DNA of 64,000 nucleotides from Balanoglossus misakiensis (lineage: Eukaryota; Animalia; Hemichordata), in contig CM082584.2 of NCBI GenBank assembly GCA_040954595.2, positions 2,077,344 to 2,141,343 of the forward strand, in the 5' to 3' direction. Within the stretch, counting starts at the first letter, position 1; each line of letters begins with the position of its first letter. The position numbers and the translations under genes were made by a program. Below are positions 13,995-27,900 of this stretch, piece by piece. The notes beneath the pieces were generated by a model, which worked only from the letters and a program-made list of their open reading frames with translations, did no database searches and was not told where the DNA came from.

Positions 13995-15395
13995 TTAAAC
14001 AGGCATAATTTTGAATGATAAAGCGAAACTGATTCAAATTTTAAAATCAAGATGGCCACCATTCAATGTGTATTGAGAAAATTTGAAGTATTTTTATTTT
14101 TGAGAAAGCAAATTTTTTTCTGTTTTCAAAGTGACTCTTCCCACATTTTAATACTAAAAATATAAAGATATGTCGACCACCTAAATAGCATGTCTGCAAA
14201 ATGTGAATGGTGATGTCTGTATTAGTTTATAATTCAAAATTAAGAAAATAGTTTCTCAATCCTAATATGAATGATCTTGAAGTGACAACTTGTGTACATA
14301 GAAAAAAGATGTTGAGAGTGTGTTCAATGTAATTGAAAGCAAGAAGTGTATGACAACCTCTCTTAAATTGCATATTCTTGGTTAGTCATTTGCTTTTGGG
14401 AAATAGTACACATCAAAACTGAAGTCCAGAACATTACACAAAATCATTGTGAACATGTTCTTAACAAGTGTTTCAGATTTCTGCTTAAACTTATTGGAAT
14501 TATTGTTAGTGCAATTTGAAACAAACTAACTCTTTACAAACTAATTTGGCTTTACAAATCAGAGACATTGTATACTGACAGGATATGTATGTTTCAGCTT
14601 TTTTGGCTCAAAATGAACATCTGCAAAACATAGAGTGAATTTCCTAAATCTGTCAACAAACAAAAGTAATGTTTCTACTGAAGATATTGATGATCAGGAT
14701 TAAAAATATTACTGTACAGCTTTTTGGTGAAAACAATAATTTGAATAAAAAATGTTGCAACAAATCACAAAAATCACTAGAATTTTTAAAAAATCAACTT
14801 TATTTTGCTATAATGGTCATTGATGTCATTAGCTGCAGTTTGTAAACTCAACATGACAATTTCTTAGTTGTCACTTTCTCATAATTGTAATTGACTCACT
14901 TTATTTGCATGTGTCTCCATCCTGTGAAGCTGACATGACATCATGTTCCTTAGAGTGATTTAATTTGTAATTAACCATTACATACACTTCAAATAGGTCA
15001 GTATCTGCAGGATGGTCTTGTACTGTATTTGGGTAATTCACTTTCTGTTATCTCATGCTAGATCTATGTCACAGATTCCATTCATTTATCTTTAGTTGTG
15101 TCACCTGTTGGTAGCTGTTTCTGCAATCACCATCTCCTCGTTGTACAGCCTGGTTATTGAGAAGACAGTAATGGTGGAGGGTGGTTTGGTGTATTGGCTT
15201 TGATTTCTCTGCAGGGCTTATAACAGTATGTGTGTACGGAACCTTTTCCTTGCACACACACATTACGTTACTCAGTTAAATTTCTCAGACATTGCAACAA
15301 GTTCCATGGAAATACTGCCATCGTTTGCCATACTAATCAGAAATTGATATACTGACGTCACAATGGTCTGCTTCAGAGATGTTGATGTCATCATC

Positions 15396-16655
15396 TTAAG
15401 ATGTAAGATGTAGATTAGCCATGTCACCTTCAACATCATGATGATCAGCTGACACACCAAGTTTTCGGAACATCTCATGTATTTCTTCTCTGGCAGCGTA
15501 GACATCACAACTTTCTTGCTCAAAATTTTTAACCAGGTTGGAAAAATTGCTCTTACAGAATTTCTTATCTGCAGTTGGCTGTTGGCCTGCACGTTGTTGT
15601 CCTCCACAGCCCTTGGACCAAACAGATAAAGCATGTTGTGTTGGGGATTGAATCAATGCACTGTATTGCCATGAATCCACCTCCATGCGAGGGATCCCCA
15701 TCAAGTCTGCCATAGCCCTGTAGTCATTGCCGGATAAACGGATGATATCCATGATATTAGAAAATATCTTGAGGGCATCCTTCAGCATCCACTTGACATC
15801 ACTTTCATATCCACTGTGTCAGAGGATGGTTGTATCATACCCAGCACAAAGAAAGTCAGTAGCTGCTTCTGAAATCACCATCTCCTCGTTGTACACCTTC
15901 TCATTCCTCTCTTCTGCTTCCCGAATTTGCTTCAATGTATAGAATGTGACATCTTCAGGGTTGCGATGGATTCGAAGAGAATCTGAACTCAACACGTGGA
16001 TGTCAAGTCTTGTACCAGGACAGCAGATCTCTAACACTTCATAGACAATATCAGTTATTGTCTCTAATAATTTGTAGCACTCGCCGATTTCCTCTTCTTT
16101 CTCTGCTCTAACACAAACATGGATAGCTCTCCAACCTTTTGTCATATACACCAAGCCTTCTGCATTGTGACACACTTTGATGCCATTTTTCCATATACCA
16201 CTTGTCCGTCGGTTGATCTTTCGGAAATGGCGTTCTATTCGGGCGTTAAGTCGGGGAGAAAATCCTGGCGAGAAACTATCAGCATCATCTCTGCATTGGA
16301 ACCGTCTACCATAGTAAATCTTCTTAGTAGCATCCTGTTTCCACTGATTTGCAGGCATATCTGTGTCCAACAACTCAGGTATTACATACCCAGTTACAGT
16401 ATTGGATTCAGAAATGACCTCATAGAGAAGGGCAAACTCTTTGAGAAGATTTATCAGCAAATCAATATCTGCCAGACCATGGAAAACTTCCTCAATTTCG
16501 CTTCTCATATGTAAGGACTTCCGCGGCAAGCGGTTTGCAAACTGCTCAAATATTTCAGGAGCCAGCATGGTACCGAATATTCTAGAACATAACCATTGGG
16601 GATCAAGAACAATGACGTCATCTGAATCTGGTAGGGTACTCTCGATTTGGAACAT
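15396..16655 (-). pseudogene. Terminal exon of a DAPK1-like ROCO gene (COR domain + C-terminal death-domain-like region) with in-frame TGA
   Basis: Acceptor ...TTCACAG at 16657-16656. ORF 16655-15819 has IVLDPQWLCSRIFG, YVIPELL, YYGRRFQC, FSPGFSPRL and IWKNGI (COR of DAPK/ROCO). It continues in the same frame past TGA 15821-15819 into GNDYRAMADLMG...QSPTQHALSVW (death-domain-like) to the stop at 15396. Upstream exons not seen in the window. Confidence 0.78.
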
Positions 16656-17059
16656 CTGTGAATAAACAATGGGGAAAAATACTTATGTTTTGAGACATTT
16701 ATTCAAATGAAATTGTGCATATATCTTAGTGACACACATACCAGTATGTAGATGTGTGCATGGCTGATCATACATAGGGAAACCGCGAAACCCAGGCCAA
16801 GTCTAGCCTTGCCTGGCCAAACCATCTCGGCTATAGTGATCGAAAAAAAACTCATCAACGCCACAATATTGCCACTGGTGATTTAGGAACAATGTCAGGG
16901 CTATACCCACACTAGTGACACACATGGACCACAAAAACATGTTTATAGCAGAGGGCCTTTTCTGGGTTTTTTTCTCAGTCTTGAATCCCTGTCTAGATCC
17001 TCAGCAAAAGGCTCTGTCAAGCCTTTCACCCTCAGATCCCTCTTAAGAGAACCCAGCCT

Positions 17060-17353
17060 GTGATTGGAACTGCGCTGAGTACTACAGCTGGCCTCCAAGG
17101 CGCAAGACCGTGGCGTGTATGTACACTTTTCGTGTCCCGGCTGAATCCAGCAACAACATGTGAAAATGTTGAGCGCTATGCTGCAGACAAATTTGATGTA
17201 GGTGTGAACTGTACAAAACTGAAAACAAAGTATGATATGTATGCTTCTTTTATGGTTGAATTATCTGATGTAGACATTAGAGTTGCCCTTGATCCTGTAA
17301 ATTGGCCTCAGGATACTCTTGTAAGAAAATACTATAAATCTCAGACGCCATGA
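17060..17353 (+). pseudogene. LINE ORF1 C-terminal part
   Basis: LFVSRLNPATT...CTKLKTKYDMYASFMV...LDPVNWPQDTLVRKYY, a typical non-LTR ORF1 tail; its TGA overlaps the ORF2 ATG (ATGA, 17350-17353). Confidence 0.8.
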
Positions 17354-18966
17354 CAAAACGCAAAAATAGTTTACGGATTGTGTCATTTAACTGTCGCTCT
17401 GTGAAATCAAGCTTTCATTCTGTGTATGAATTATGTGAAACCCATGATATCTGTCTTTTACAAGAACACTGGCTTGCTAAGGAAGAGCTGTCAATTTTAC
17501 ATGACATACATCTGGATTTTATGTCATTCGGAGTATCTGCTTTTGATTCGTCTGAACTCCGTATTGGTAGACCGTACGGGGGGGTTGCAATTCTTTGGCG
17601 TAGATCGCTTGGCAAACTTGCCAGTATTGTTGAGTTTGCTGATAGTCGCTTGCTTGGTTTAGTTTTAGAAAATGATACTGACAAACTTGTTATTGTAAAC
17701 TGTTATTTGCCCACCAATACTAATGATAATTTTGAAGTGTTCAGTGAGTACTTGGCGAAAATCAATTCCATTGTTTCTGATATTAACACTGGGAATGTCT
17801 TTTTTATTGGTGACTGGAATGCTGATGTAACTACTGATACAGGCTTTGGCCGTGAGTTGATGGAGCATTGTGAGCAATTTGGTTACATCGTTTCTGATGT
17901 TGAGCTGCTAGGCAGGGATTCTGGTACGTTTACTTAGATTAGCGATGCTCATGGCAGTACTTCATGGATTGACCACTGTGTTACCACTGAAGTTTCTCAT
18001 AGCAATGTTCTTTCAAGTTCGAGCCTTTGCAATGTTGTTGACTCCGACCATATTCCTGTTTCAATAGAGGTTCATTTCAACACTTCTGCTGATGAAAGCT
18101 TCAGCAGTAGTTCCTTCAAGCAATGTAATTTTCGAGTTGATTGGAAAAAAATTGTCACAGCAGAATATATCCGCCTACACCCTTGTACCAAAGCCAAGAT
18201 TGATAAGATTAATTTATCCGAACAGTTATTCTGCACTAATGTGAACTGTACAGACCCTTCGCATTTACAGGCAATTGATACTTGTTATAGTAGTATTGTG
18301 GACGCATTGAATTGTGCTGCAAAATATACCATTAGGGGTAAGTTTCACCAGAAAGTTCATGTTGTACCTGGCTGGAACGATTTTGTAAAAGAAAGTCACG
18401 ACTATGCCCGTTCCATGTTTTTTATTATGGGTTAATGGGGGTAAACCTAAACAAGGCCCGCTTTTTGAAACCATGAAATCTTTCAGAGCTCGTTTTAAGT
18501 ATGCTTTACGTGCTTGTAAAAAGATTGAGAATCAAAATAGGGCTGACAAGATGGCTGACAATTTATGCTGCCACAAACAGAACGACTTCTGGAAGGAAGT
18601 CAGAAAGCAAACTAGCAGAAAAACGCCACTTTCTGACACTGTAGGTGGAGCGACTGGTGAGAGTGAAATTGCAATTATGTGGCACAAGCATTTCAGTGAT
18701 ATTTTGAATTCTGTCCAGGCTCAGACTGGTAAAAATGACATCGAGGAGAAAATGAAGTATGTTAACTTTTCTTCTGATATGTATGTTTCTGAAGACGAAG
18801 TAATTTCTGCTATACACAAGTTACCTGACGACAAGACAGCTGGCATTGACAATATTTCAGCTGAGCACCTCAAATTCTCAGACTCCTCTATTTTACCATT
18901 TTGACTTGTTGTATTAATGCTATGATTGTTCATGGTTACCTGCCAACTGAGGCTATCAAAGTTATT
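17350..18966 (+). pseudogene. LINE ORF2 (AP endonuclease + linker + RT start), RTE-X-like, 5' piece
   Basis: APE motifs SFNCRS, LLQEHWL, GRPYGGVAILW, NCYLP, IGDWNAD, SWIDHC, DSDHIP; linker VPGWNDFVK...GGKPKQG...RARFKYALR; KTAGIDNISAEHL. TAG at 17935-17937 plus several frameshifts; broken at ...HGYLPTEAIKVI by cluster 1. Confidence 0.88.
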
Positions 18967-21900
18967 AGGGCCCAAGCGCATACCAGCGCTTGGGCCCTAT
19001 TGGTTTCGTTGGGGTTTTTCTGTCTTTAGGGCCCAAGCGCATACCAGCGCTTGGGCCCTATTGGTTTCGTTGGGGTTTTTCTGTCTTTCTTTAGGGCCCA
19101 AGCGCATACCAGCGCTTGGGCCCTATTGGTTTCGTTGGGGTTTTTAGGGCCCAAGCGCAAGCAAGCGCTTGGGCCCTATTGGTTTCGTTGGGGTTTTTAG
19201 GGCCCAAGCGCGCGCAAGCGCTTGGGCCCTATTGGTTTCGTTGGAATTTTTCTTTCTTTATTCTCCTGTCAATTCTTCGGCCAACTAAATCTCTGAAACT
19301 ACTGCAGGTACACTGCTCAAACTTACTACAGTGGTCAAGGTCAATGAGTAGATGTGCAGTGGCTCGTGAATATTTAATTAGTCACGTGACCTGGCGGCCA
19401 TATTGGATTTTCTGAAAAAATGTAAATGACTTCTTCTCAAAAACTACAAGGCAAATCAAGTTCAAATTTGGTACATAGTACACATGGCCTCTGCCCAACA
19501 AAGTTTGATAATAAGATCTCGAGCGGTCACGTGACTTTGGCCGCCATATTGGATTTTCGAAAAATCCAACTAAAACTTCAAAAATCTTCTTCTCAAGAAC
19601 CGGCGATAACCGAGTCGCGGGATTTGGGGTATGTGGTCACCTAACTGATGTCTATCAAGTTTGATAAGAAGCATTGTGATTGGTCGAAGATTATGGCGGC
19701 CATATTGGATTTTCGAAAAACCATAGTAAAACTGCAAAAATCTTCTTCTCCAGAACGGGCGATAACTGAGTCGCAAGATTCGGGGAGTATGGTCACTACA
19801 CTGATGTCTATCCAGTTTGCAAAGAGCATTGTGATTGGTCGAAGATTATGGCGGCCATATTGGATTTTGTAAAAAGCAGTGAAAACTTGAAATTCCTTTT
19901 CCTAGTCTAAAAATTGATAGCATACAAATTTTTTTCATGGATATCAATCGTCATATGACTAAAATATGTTACAAATTTTTGGCGATTTTTCACATGACCT
20001 TTGACCTACTTTTCACACGATATTATTTCTGCATATCTATTTTCTGGCTAACCTATAGGGCTAGACGTTTGGTTTTTGATGCATGTGGATTAGTGTGTGA
20101 TCAAAATATTTTGCTACTTTTCATGACCCCTTTGACCTCTGTTGACCTCATTAATTATGTGCATCGCTAATTACAAGCGAACCAATAAAGCTAGTGGTTT
20201 GGTTTTTGTTGGAAATGGACCAGAATGGGGTCAATTTTTTTTGCCCAAATGTTGCATGACCTCTGGTGACCTTTGACCTACTTTCGCATATCTTAGCATC
20301 CAGAGCAGATACAGCCTTGGCATTTGGCAGGATGGGACGAAAATGTAAAGCCACATTTTTGGGTCACCTGTGACACCTGCTGACCTCATTAAATATGCAC
20401 ATACCTAATTACAGACGAACCAATAGAGCTAGAGTTTTGGTTTTTGTTGGACATGGACAAATATGGGTCAAAAAAATTTCCCAAAATTTAGATGACCTCA
20501 GGTGCCCTTTTACCTACTTTACTCTATTTCTGCAGCAAAAATACATACGTCCTTGTTATGTCATGAGATAAAAAACATGATAGAGCATTCTGTTTCTTCT
20601 CATTCATACTGTGCATATGTAATTCAAGATCAGCGCTTGGGCCCGACAATGCTGCTTGCAGCTTTAATTCTTTCTTTCTTTCTTTCTTTCTTTCTTTATT
20701 CTCCTGTCCATTTTTTATCGCTCTAGATCTCAGACACCGCTGCAGGTACAGTTCTCAAACTTGCTACAGTGGTCAAGGTCAATGAGTAGTCGTGCATTGA
20801 ACCCATGAATTTTTAATTAGTCACGTGACATGGCGGCCATATTGGATTTTCTGAAAAAATGCAAATCTCAGATCTCAGAAACTACAAGTCAGATTTACTT
20901 CAGATTTGGCGTGTTGGTAGTGTACCTTCTGCCCATCATTTTTGTAATTGGATATTTTGCTGTCAATGTTGCAGTTTTTTTGCTACAGTTGTTTTTCTGA
21001 AATCTGGTCAAAATTTCAAAAATCTTCTTCTCCAGAACCGGCGATAACGGAGTCACGCGGTTTGGGGTATGGGGTCACCTATCTGAGGTCTATCAAGTTT
21101 GCGAAGATCATTGTGATTGGTCGAAGATTATGGCGGCCATATTGGATTTTCGAAAAACCATAGTAAAACTCCCAAAATCTTCTTCTCCAGAACGGGCATA
21201 ACTGAGTCACAAGATTCGGGGAGTATGGTCACTACACTGATGTCTATCAAGTTTGCAAAGAACATCGTGATTGGTCGAAGATTATGGCGGCCATATTGGA
21301 ATTTGTAAAAAGCATTGAAAAATTGAAATTCCTTTTTCTAGTCTAAAAATTGATAGCATAGAAATTCTTTGTATGGATATCAATCGTCATGTGACTAAAA
21401 TATGTTACAAATTTTTGGCGATTTTTCACATGACCTTTGACCTACTTTTCACATGTTATTATTTCTGCATATCTAATTCCAGGCTAACCTATAGGGCTAG
21501 ATGTTTGGTTTTTGATGCATGTGGATAAGTGTGTGATCAAAATATTTTGCTACTTTCCATGACCCCTTTGACCTCTGCTTACCTCATTAATTATGTGCAT
21601 AGCTAATTACAGGCGAACCAATAGAGCTAGAGGTTTGGTTTTTGTTGGACATGGACCTGTATGGGATCAACATTTTTTGCCCAAATGTTGGGTGACCTCT
21701 GGTGACCTTTGACCTACTTTCGCATATCTAAGCATCCAGAGCAGATACAGCCATGGCATTTTGACAGGATGGGACCAAAATGTAAAGCCACATTTTTGGG
21801 TCACCTGTGACACCTGCTGACCTCATTAAATATGCACATACCTAATTACAGGCGAACCAATAGAGCTAGAGTTTTGGTTTTTGTTTGACATGGACCAGTA

Positions 21901-24900
21901 TGGGTCAAAAAAATTTGCCCAAATGTTGGGTGACCTCAGGTGACCTTTGACCTACTTCACCCTATTTCAGCAGCAAAAATACACATGTCCTTGTTATGTC
22001 ATGAGATAATACACCCGATAGAAAATTCTGTTTCTTCTCATTCATACTGTGCATATATAATTCGAGACCAGCGCTTGGGCCCGACAATGCTGCTTGCAGC
22101 TTTAATTCTGTCTTTCTTTCTTTCTTTATTCTTCTGTCAATTCTTTGTCGCTCTAGATCTCAGACACCGCTGCAGGTACACTTCTGAAACTTGCTACAGT
22201 GGTCAAGGTCAATGAGTAGTCGTGCATTGAACCCTTGAATTTTTAATTAGTCACGTGACCTGGCGGCCATATTGGATTTTCTGGAAAAATGCAAATCTCA
22301 GATCTCAGAAACTACAAGTCAGATCGACTTCAAATTTGGTGTGCAGGTAGTCTACCTTCTACCCATCATTTTTGTAATTGGATATTTTGCTGTAAATGTT
22401 GCAGTTTTTTTGCTACAATTTTTTTTCTGAAATCTGGCTTAAATTTCAAAAATCTTCTTCTCCAGAACCGGTGATAACTGAGTCACGCGGTTTGGGGTAT
22501 GTGGTCACCTAACTGATGTCTATCAAGTTTGCGAAGATCATTGTGATTGGTCGAAGATTATGGCGGCCATATTGGATTTTCGAAAAACCATAGTAAAACT
22601 TCAAAAATCTTCTTCTCAAGAACGGGCGATAACCGAGTCACAAGATTTGGTGTGTGAGGTCATTCAACAGATGTCTATCAAGTTTGCGAAGGGGAATGTG
22701 ATTGGTCGAAGATTATGGCGGCCATATTGGATTTTGTGAAAAACGATTAAAAAGTAAAAATTCCTTTTCTAGCCTAAAAATTGATAGCACAGAAATTCTT
22801 TTTATTGATATGAATCATCATATGACAAGAATAAGCTATAAATATTTTGGTAATTTTGGCAATGACCTTTGACCTACTTTTGACGCATCATTTTTCTGCA
22901 TATCTAATTCCAGGCTAACCAATAGGGCTATAAGTTTGGTTTTTGATGTATGTGGATTTGTATGTGATCAAAAAATTTTGCTACTTTTCATGACCCCTTT
23001 GACCTCTGGTGACCTCATTAAATATGCGCATACCTAATTAATGATGAACCAATAGACCTAGAGGTTTTGTTTTTGTTATACATAGACCAGTATGGGGTCA
23101 AAATATTTTGCCCAAATGTTGGGTGACCTCGGGTGACCTTTGACCTACTTTTGCATATCTCGACATCCACAGCAGATACAGCCTTGGCGTTTGGAGGTAT
23201 GGAGCCATAATGAAAAGCCAAAGTTTTGGGTCACCTGTGACACCTGCTTAACTCATTATTTATGTGCATACCTAATTCCGGGCTAACCAAAAGGGCTAGA
23301 GGTCTGGTTTTTGTTGGACATGGACCACTATGGGTCAAAATTTTCTGCCCAAATTGTGGGTGACATCTGGGTGACCTTTGACCTACTTAACACTATGTCA
23401 ACACCAAACATGGATATAACCTTGATATTTCATGGGGTAAAACAGCATTATGTTTCTACTCATTAATTATGTGCATATCTAATAATCAGATCAGATAATA
23501 GAGCTTGGGCCCGGACAATGCTGCTTGCAGCTTTAATTCCTTCTTTATTCTTGTGTCATTTCTTTGTCGCTCTAGATCTCAGACACCGCTGCAGGTACAC
23601 TTCTCAAACTTGCTACAGTGGTCAAGGTCAATGGGTAGTCGTGCATTGAACTCTTGAATTTTTAATTAGTCACGTGACATGGCGGCCATATTGGATTTTC
23701 TGAAAAAATGCAAATCTCAGATCTCAGAAACTACAAGTCAGATCGACTTCAAATTTGGTGTGCAGGTAGTCTACCTTTTACCCATCATTTTTGTAATTGG
23801 ATATTTTGCTGTAAATGTTGCAGTTTTTTTGCTACAATTTTTTTTCTGAAATCTGGCTTAAATTTCAAAAATCTTCTTCTCCAGAACCGGTGATAACCGA
23901 GTGACGCGGTTTGGGGTATGTGGTCACCTAACTGATGTCTATCAAGTTTGATAAGAAGCATTGTGATTGGTCGAAGATTATGGCGGCCATATTGGATTTT
24001 CGAAAAACCATAGTAAAACTGCAAAAATCTTCTTCTCCAGAACGGGCGATAACTGAGTCGCAAGATTCGGGGAGTATGGTCACAACACTGATGTCTATCA
24101 AGTTTGCAAAGAGCATTGTGATTGGTTGAAGATTATGGCGGCCATATTGGATTTTGTAAAAAGCAGTGAAAAATTGAAATTCCTTTTCCTAGTCTAAAAA
24201 TTGACAGCATACAAATTCTTTTCATGGATATCAATCATCATATGACTAAAATATGTTACAAATTTTTGGCGATTTTTCACATGACCTTTGACCTACTTAT
24301 CACGCGTTATTATTTCTGCATATCTAATTCCAGGCTAACCTATAGGGCTAGACTTTTGGTTTTTGATGCATGTGGATTAGTGTGTGATCAAAATATTTTG
24401 CTACTTTTCATGACCCCTTTGACCTCTGCTGACCTCATTAATTATGTACATAGCTAATTACAGGCGAACCAATAAAGCTAGAGGTTTCGTTTTTGTTGGA
24501 CATGGACCAGTATGGGATCAAAATTTTTTGCCCAAATGTTGGGTGACCTCTGGTGACCTTTGACCTTCTTTCGCATATCTCAGCATCCAGAGCAGATACA
24601 GCCTTGGCATTTTGTAGGATGGGACCAGAATGTAAAGCCACATTTTTGGGTCACCTGTGACACCTGCTGACCTCATTAAATATGCACATACCTAATAACA
24701 TCCGAACCAAAAGAGCTAGAGTTTTGGTTTTTGTTGGACATGGACCAGTATGGGTAAAAAAAAATTGCCCAAATGTTGGGTGACCTTAGGTGACCTTTGA
24801 CCTACTTCACCCTATTTCAGCAGCAACAATATATACATCCTTGTTATGTCATGAGATAATACATCCGTTAGAAAATTCTGTTTCTTCTCATTCATACTGT

Positions 24901-27900
24901 GCATATATAATTCAAGATCAGCGCTTGGGCCCGACAATGCTGCTCGCAGCTTTAATTAGGGCCCAAGCGCATACCAGCGCTTGGGCCCTATTGGTTTCGT
25001 TGGGGTTTTTAGGGCCCAAGCGCATACCAGCGCTTGGGCCCTATTGGTTTCGTTGGGGTTTTTCTGTCTTTCTTTCTTCTTTCTTTATTCTTCTGTCATT
25101 TCTTTGTCGCTCTAGATCTCAGACACCACTGCAGGTACAGTTCTCAAACTTGCTACAGTGGTCAAGGTCAATGAGTACTCGTGCATTGAACCCATGAATT
25201 TTTAATTAGTCACATGACCTGGCGGCCATCTTGGATTTCCTGAAAAAATGCAAATCTCAGATCTCAGAAACTACAAGTCAGATCGACTTCAAATTTGGCG
25301 TGCAGGTAGACTACCTTCTGTCAAACATTTTTGTAATTGGAAATTATGCTGTCAATGTTGCAGTTTTTTTGCTACAATTTTTTTTCTGAAATCTGGCTTA
25401 AATTTCAAAAATCTTCTTCTCTAGAACCGGTGGTAACCGAGACACGGGGTTTGGGGTATGTGGTCACCTAACTGATGTCTATCAAGTTTGCGAAGATCAT
25501 TGTGATTGGTCGAAGATTATGGCGGCCATATTGGATTTTCGAAAAACCCTAGTAAAATTTCAAAAATCTTCTTCTCGAGAACCGGTGATAACCGAGTCAC
25601 AAGATTTTGTGTGTGTGGTCATTCCCCAGATGTCTATCAAGTTTGCGAAGAGGAATGTGATTGGTCGAAGATTATGGCGGCCATATTGGATTTTGTGAAA
25701 AACGATTAAAAAGTAAAAATTCCCTTTCTAGCCTAAAAATTTATAGCACAGAAATTCTTTTTATGGATATGGATCATCATATGACTACAATATGCTATAA
25801 ATATTTTGGTAATTTTGGCAATGACCTTTGACCTACTTTTGACGCATCATTTTTCTGCATATCTAATTCCAGGCTAACCAATAGGGCTATAAGTTTGGTT
25901 TTTGATGTATGTGGATAAGTGTGTGATCAAAATTTTTTGCTACTTTTCACGACCCCTTTGACCCCTGCTGACCTCATTAATTATGTGCATAGCTAATTAC
26001 AGGCGAACCAATAGACCTAGAGGTTTTGTTTTTGTTGGACAGGACTAGTATGGGGTCAAAAAATTTTACCCAAATGTTGGGTGACCTCTGGTGACCTTTG
26101 ACCTACTTTTGCAAATATCAGCATCCACAGCAGATACAGACTTGGCGTTTGGAGGTATGGGGCCATAATGAAAAGCCAAAGTTGTGGGTCACCTGTGACA
26201 CCTGCTTAACTCATTATTTATGTGCATACTTAATTCCGGGCTAACCAAAAGTGCTATAGGTCTGGTTTTTGTTGGACATGGACCACTATGGGTCAAAATT
26301 TTCTGCCCAAATTATGGGTGACCTCTGGGTGACCTTTGACCTACTTAACACTTTATCAGCACTAAACATAGATATAACCATGATATTTCATGGGATAAAA
26401 CACAGCATTATGTTTCTACTCATTAATTATGTGCATATCTAATAATCAGATCAGATAATAGAGCTTGGGCCCGGACAATGCTGCTTGCAGCTTTAATTCT
26501 GTCTTTCTTTCTTTATTCTTCTGTCATTTCTTTGTCGCTCTAGATCTCAGACACCGCTGCAGGTACACTTCTCAAACTTGCTACAATGGTCAAGGTCAAT
26601 GGGTAGTCGTGCATTGAACTCTTGAATTTTTAATTAGTCACGTGACATGGCGGCCATATTGGATTTTCTGAAAAAATGCAAATCTCAGATCTCAGAAACT
26701 ACAAGTCAGATCGACTTCAAATTTGGTGTGCCGGTAGTCTACCTTCTGCCCATCATTTTTGTAATTGGATATTTTGCTGTCAATGTTGCAGTTTTTTTGC
26801 TACAGTTGTTTTTCTGAAATCTGGTCAAAATTTCAAAAATCTTCTTCTCCAGAACCGGCGATAACCGAGTCACGCGGTTTGGGGTATGTGGTCACCAAGC
26901 TGAGGTCTATCAAGTTTGCGAAGATCATTGTGATTGGTCAAAGATTATGGCGGCCATATTGGATTTAAAAAAAAAACTAGTAAAATTTCAAAAATCTTCT
27001 TCTCAAGAACCGGCGATAACTGAGTCACAAGATTTGATGTGTGTGGTCATTAAACAGATGTCTATCAAGTTTGCGAAGAGGAATGTGATTGGTCAAAGAT
27101 TATGGCGGCCATATTGGATTTTGTGAAAAACGATTAAAAAGTAAAAATTCCCTTTCTAGCCTAAAAATTGACAGCACAGAAATTCTTTTTACGGATATGA
27201 AACATCATATGACAAGAATAAGCTATAAATATTTTGGTAATTTTGGCAATGACCTTTGACCTACTTTTGACGCATCATTTTTCTGCATATCTAATTCCAG
27301 GCTAACCAATAGGGCTATAAGTTTGGTTTTTGATGTATGTGGATTTGTATGTGATCAAAAATTTTTGCTACTTTTCATGACCCCTTTGACCTCTGGTGAC
27401 CTCATTAAATATGCGCATACCTAATTAATGATGAACCAATAGACCTAGAGGTTTTGTTTTTGTTATACATGGACCAGTATGGGGTCAAAATATTTTGCCC
27501 AAATGTTGGGTGACCTCGGGTGACCTTTGACCTACTTTTGCATATCTCGACATCTACGGCAGATACAGCCTTGGCGTTTGGAGGTATGGGGCCATAATGA
27601 AAAGCCAAAGTTTTGGGTCACCTGTGACACGTGCTTAACTCATTATTTATGTGCATACCTAATTCCGGGATAACCAAAAGGGCTAGAGGTCTGGTTTTTG
27701 TTGGACATGGACCACTATGGGTCAAAATTTTCTGCCCAAATTGTGGTTGACCTCTGGGTGACCTTTGACCTACTTAACACTATATCACCACAAAACATAG
27801 ATATAACCTTGATATTTCATGGCATAAGACACAGCATTATGTCTCTACTCATTAATTATGTGCATATCTAATAATTAGATCAGATAATAGAGCTTGGGCC

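Noticed and set aside
15819-15821. Selenocysteine codon in the ROCO exon
   Set aside because: No SECIS recognisable by eye and no known selenoprotein in this family; nonsense mutation is simpler.
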